From NCBI RefSeq assembly GCF_018977255.1, contig NW_024704743.1, positions 91,452,001 to 91,516,000 on the forward strand: a stretch of DNA of 64,000 nt. Reading direction: 5' to 3'. This DNA is from Callorhinchus milii (taxonomy: Eukaryota). The notes beneath the pieces are model-generated. The model ran no database searches. It was not told the DNA's origin and saw only the letters and a list, made by a program, of their open reading frames with translations. The position numbers were made by a program, and so were the translations under genes. Of this stretch, positions 63,526 to 64,000 are shown piece after piece (position 1 is the stretch's first letter; each line of letters opens with the position of its first letter).

Positions 63526-64000
63526 AGATCATTTTTCATGTGTAAAGATTCTTCTCTAAGGCCTAAAAGATAAAATTCAGACTCTACCTCCACACGCATT
63601 TTTAAAAGCAGTTCCCAACAGCAAAGTTCAAAAGAAGCTATTTTCTTTCTAACTTTCAAACATCCATTGTGCTTATTTTTTTTCTTTCCTTCAACACTTG
63701 CAATGTTTCCAGCTATCTAAGCAGCCTGAAATTTGATACCAGATTAACTTTTGTTGTGGTATTCAATCTTAGTTACACAGACTGGCAGGCATTGGGCATC
63801 CTATTTATTATCTTTTGATGTGCAACGCAGCACCCCCGGCACATTCACAAAATCGAGTTTGTGGCAGAACGGAGTTAATTTACTGTAACATTTTTTTATT
63901 TGATAAAGACAGAATGCTTGGTGGATTAGTATCATCATCTTAGGTTTTCAGGCTCTGTATGCTTCATAAGCTTATCAGTAACTCAGGCAGCATCGTTGGT

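Noticed and set aside
12198..64000. RALYL RRM-coding exon (VFIGNLNT...KGYAFVQY)
   Set aside because: Not found by eye or in the ORF track. It presumably lies beyond the right edge; a tBLASTn would confirm.

Overview
Eukaryotic, AT-rich, repeat-dense DNA. The SINE/LINE complement points to a cartilaginous fish, probably a chimaera/elephant-shark-type genome (inference). The window is almost entirely intronic sequence of RALYL (hnRNP C/RALY family), transcribed on the minus strand. Two coding exons are visible. One is a 76-nt internal exon (12122-12197, [24 protein letters not shown]). The other is an internal alternative first exon with its own CCAAT/GC-box promoter (coding 32587-32623, MTMFKGKRRNQR), which splices in frame to the 76-nt exon and predicts an isoform lacking the RRM. 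I did not find the RRM exon or the downstream exons in the window. The rest is L2 and CR1 LINE fragments, many Deu-domain tRNA-SINEs, older SINE families, a hAT MITE, a palindromic Penelope-like insertion with hammerhead-ribozyme motifs, and simple or tandem repeats. The promoter is flanked by two large G-skewed arrays of opposite polarity, one resembling an Ig switch region. The long ORFs in the track are repeat artefacts. Repeat boundaries are approximate. Family names come from recalled consensus motifs, not from a database search.
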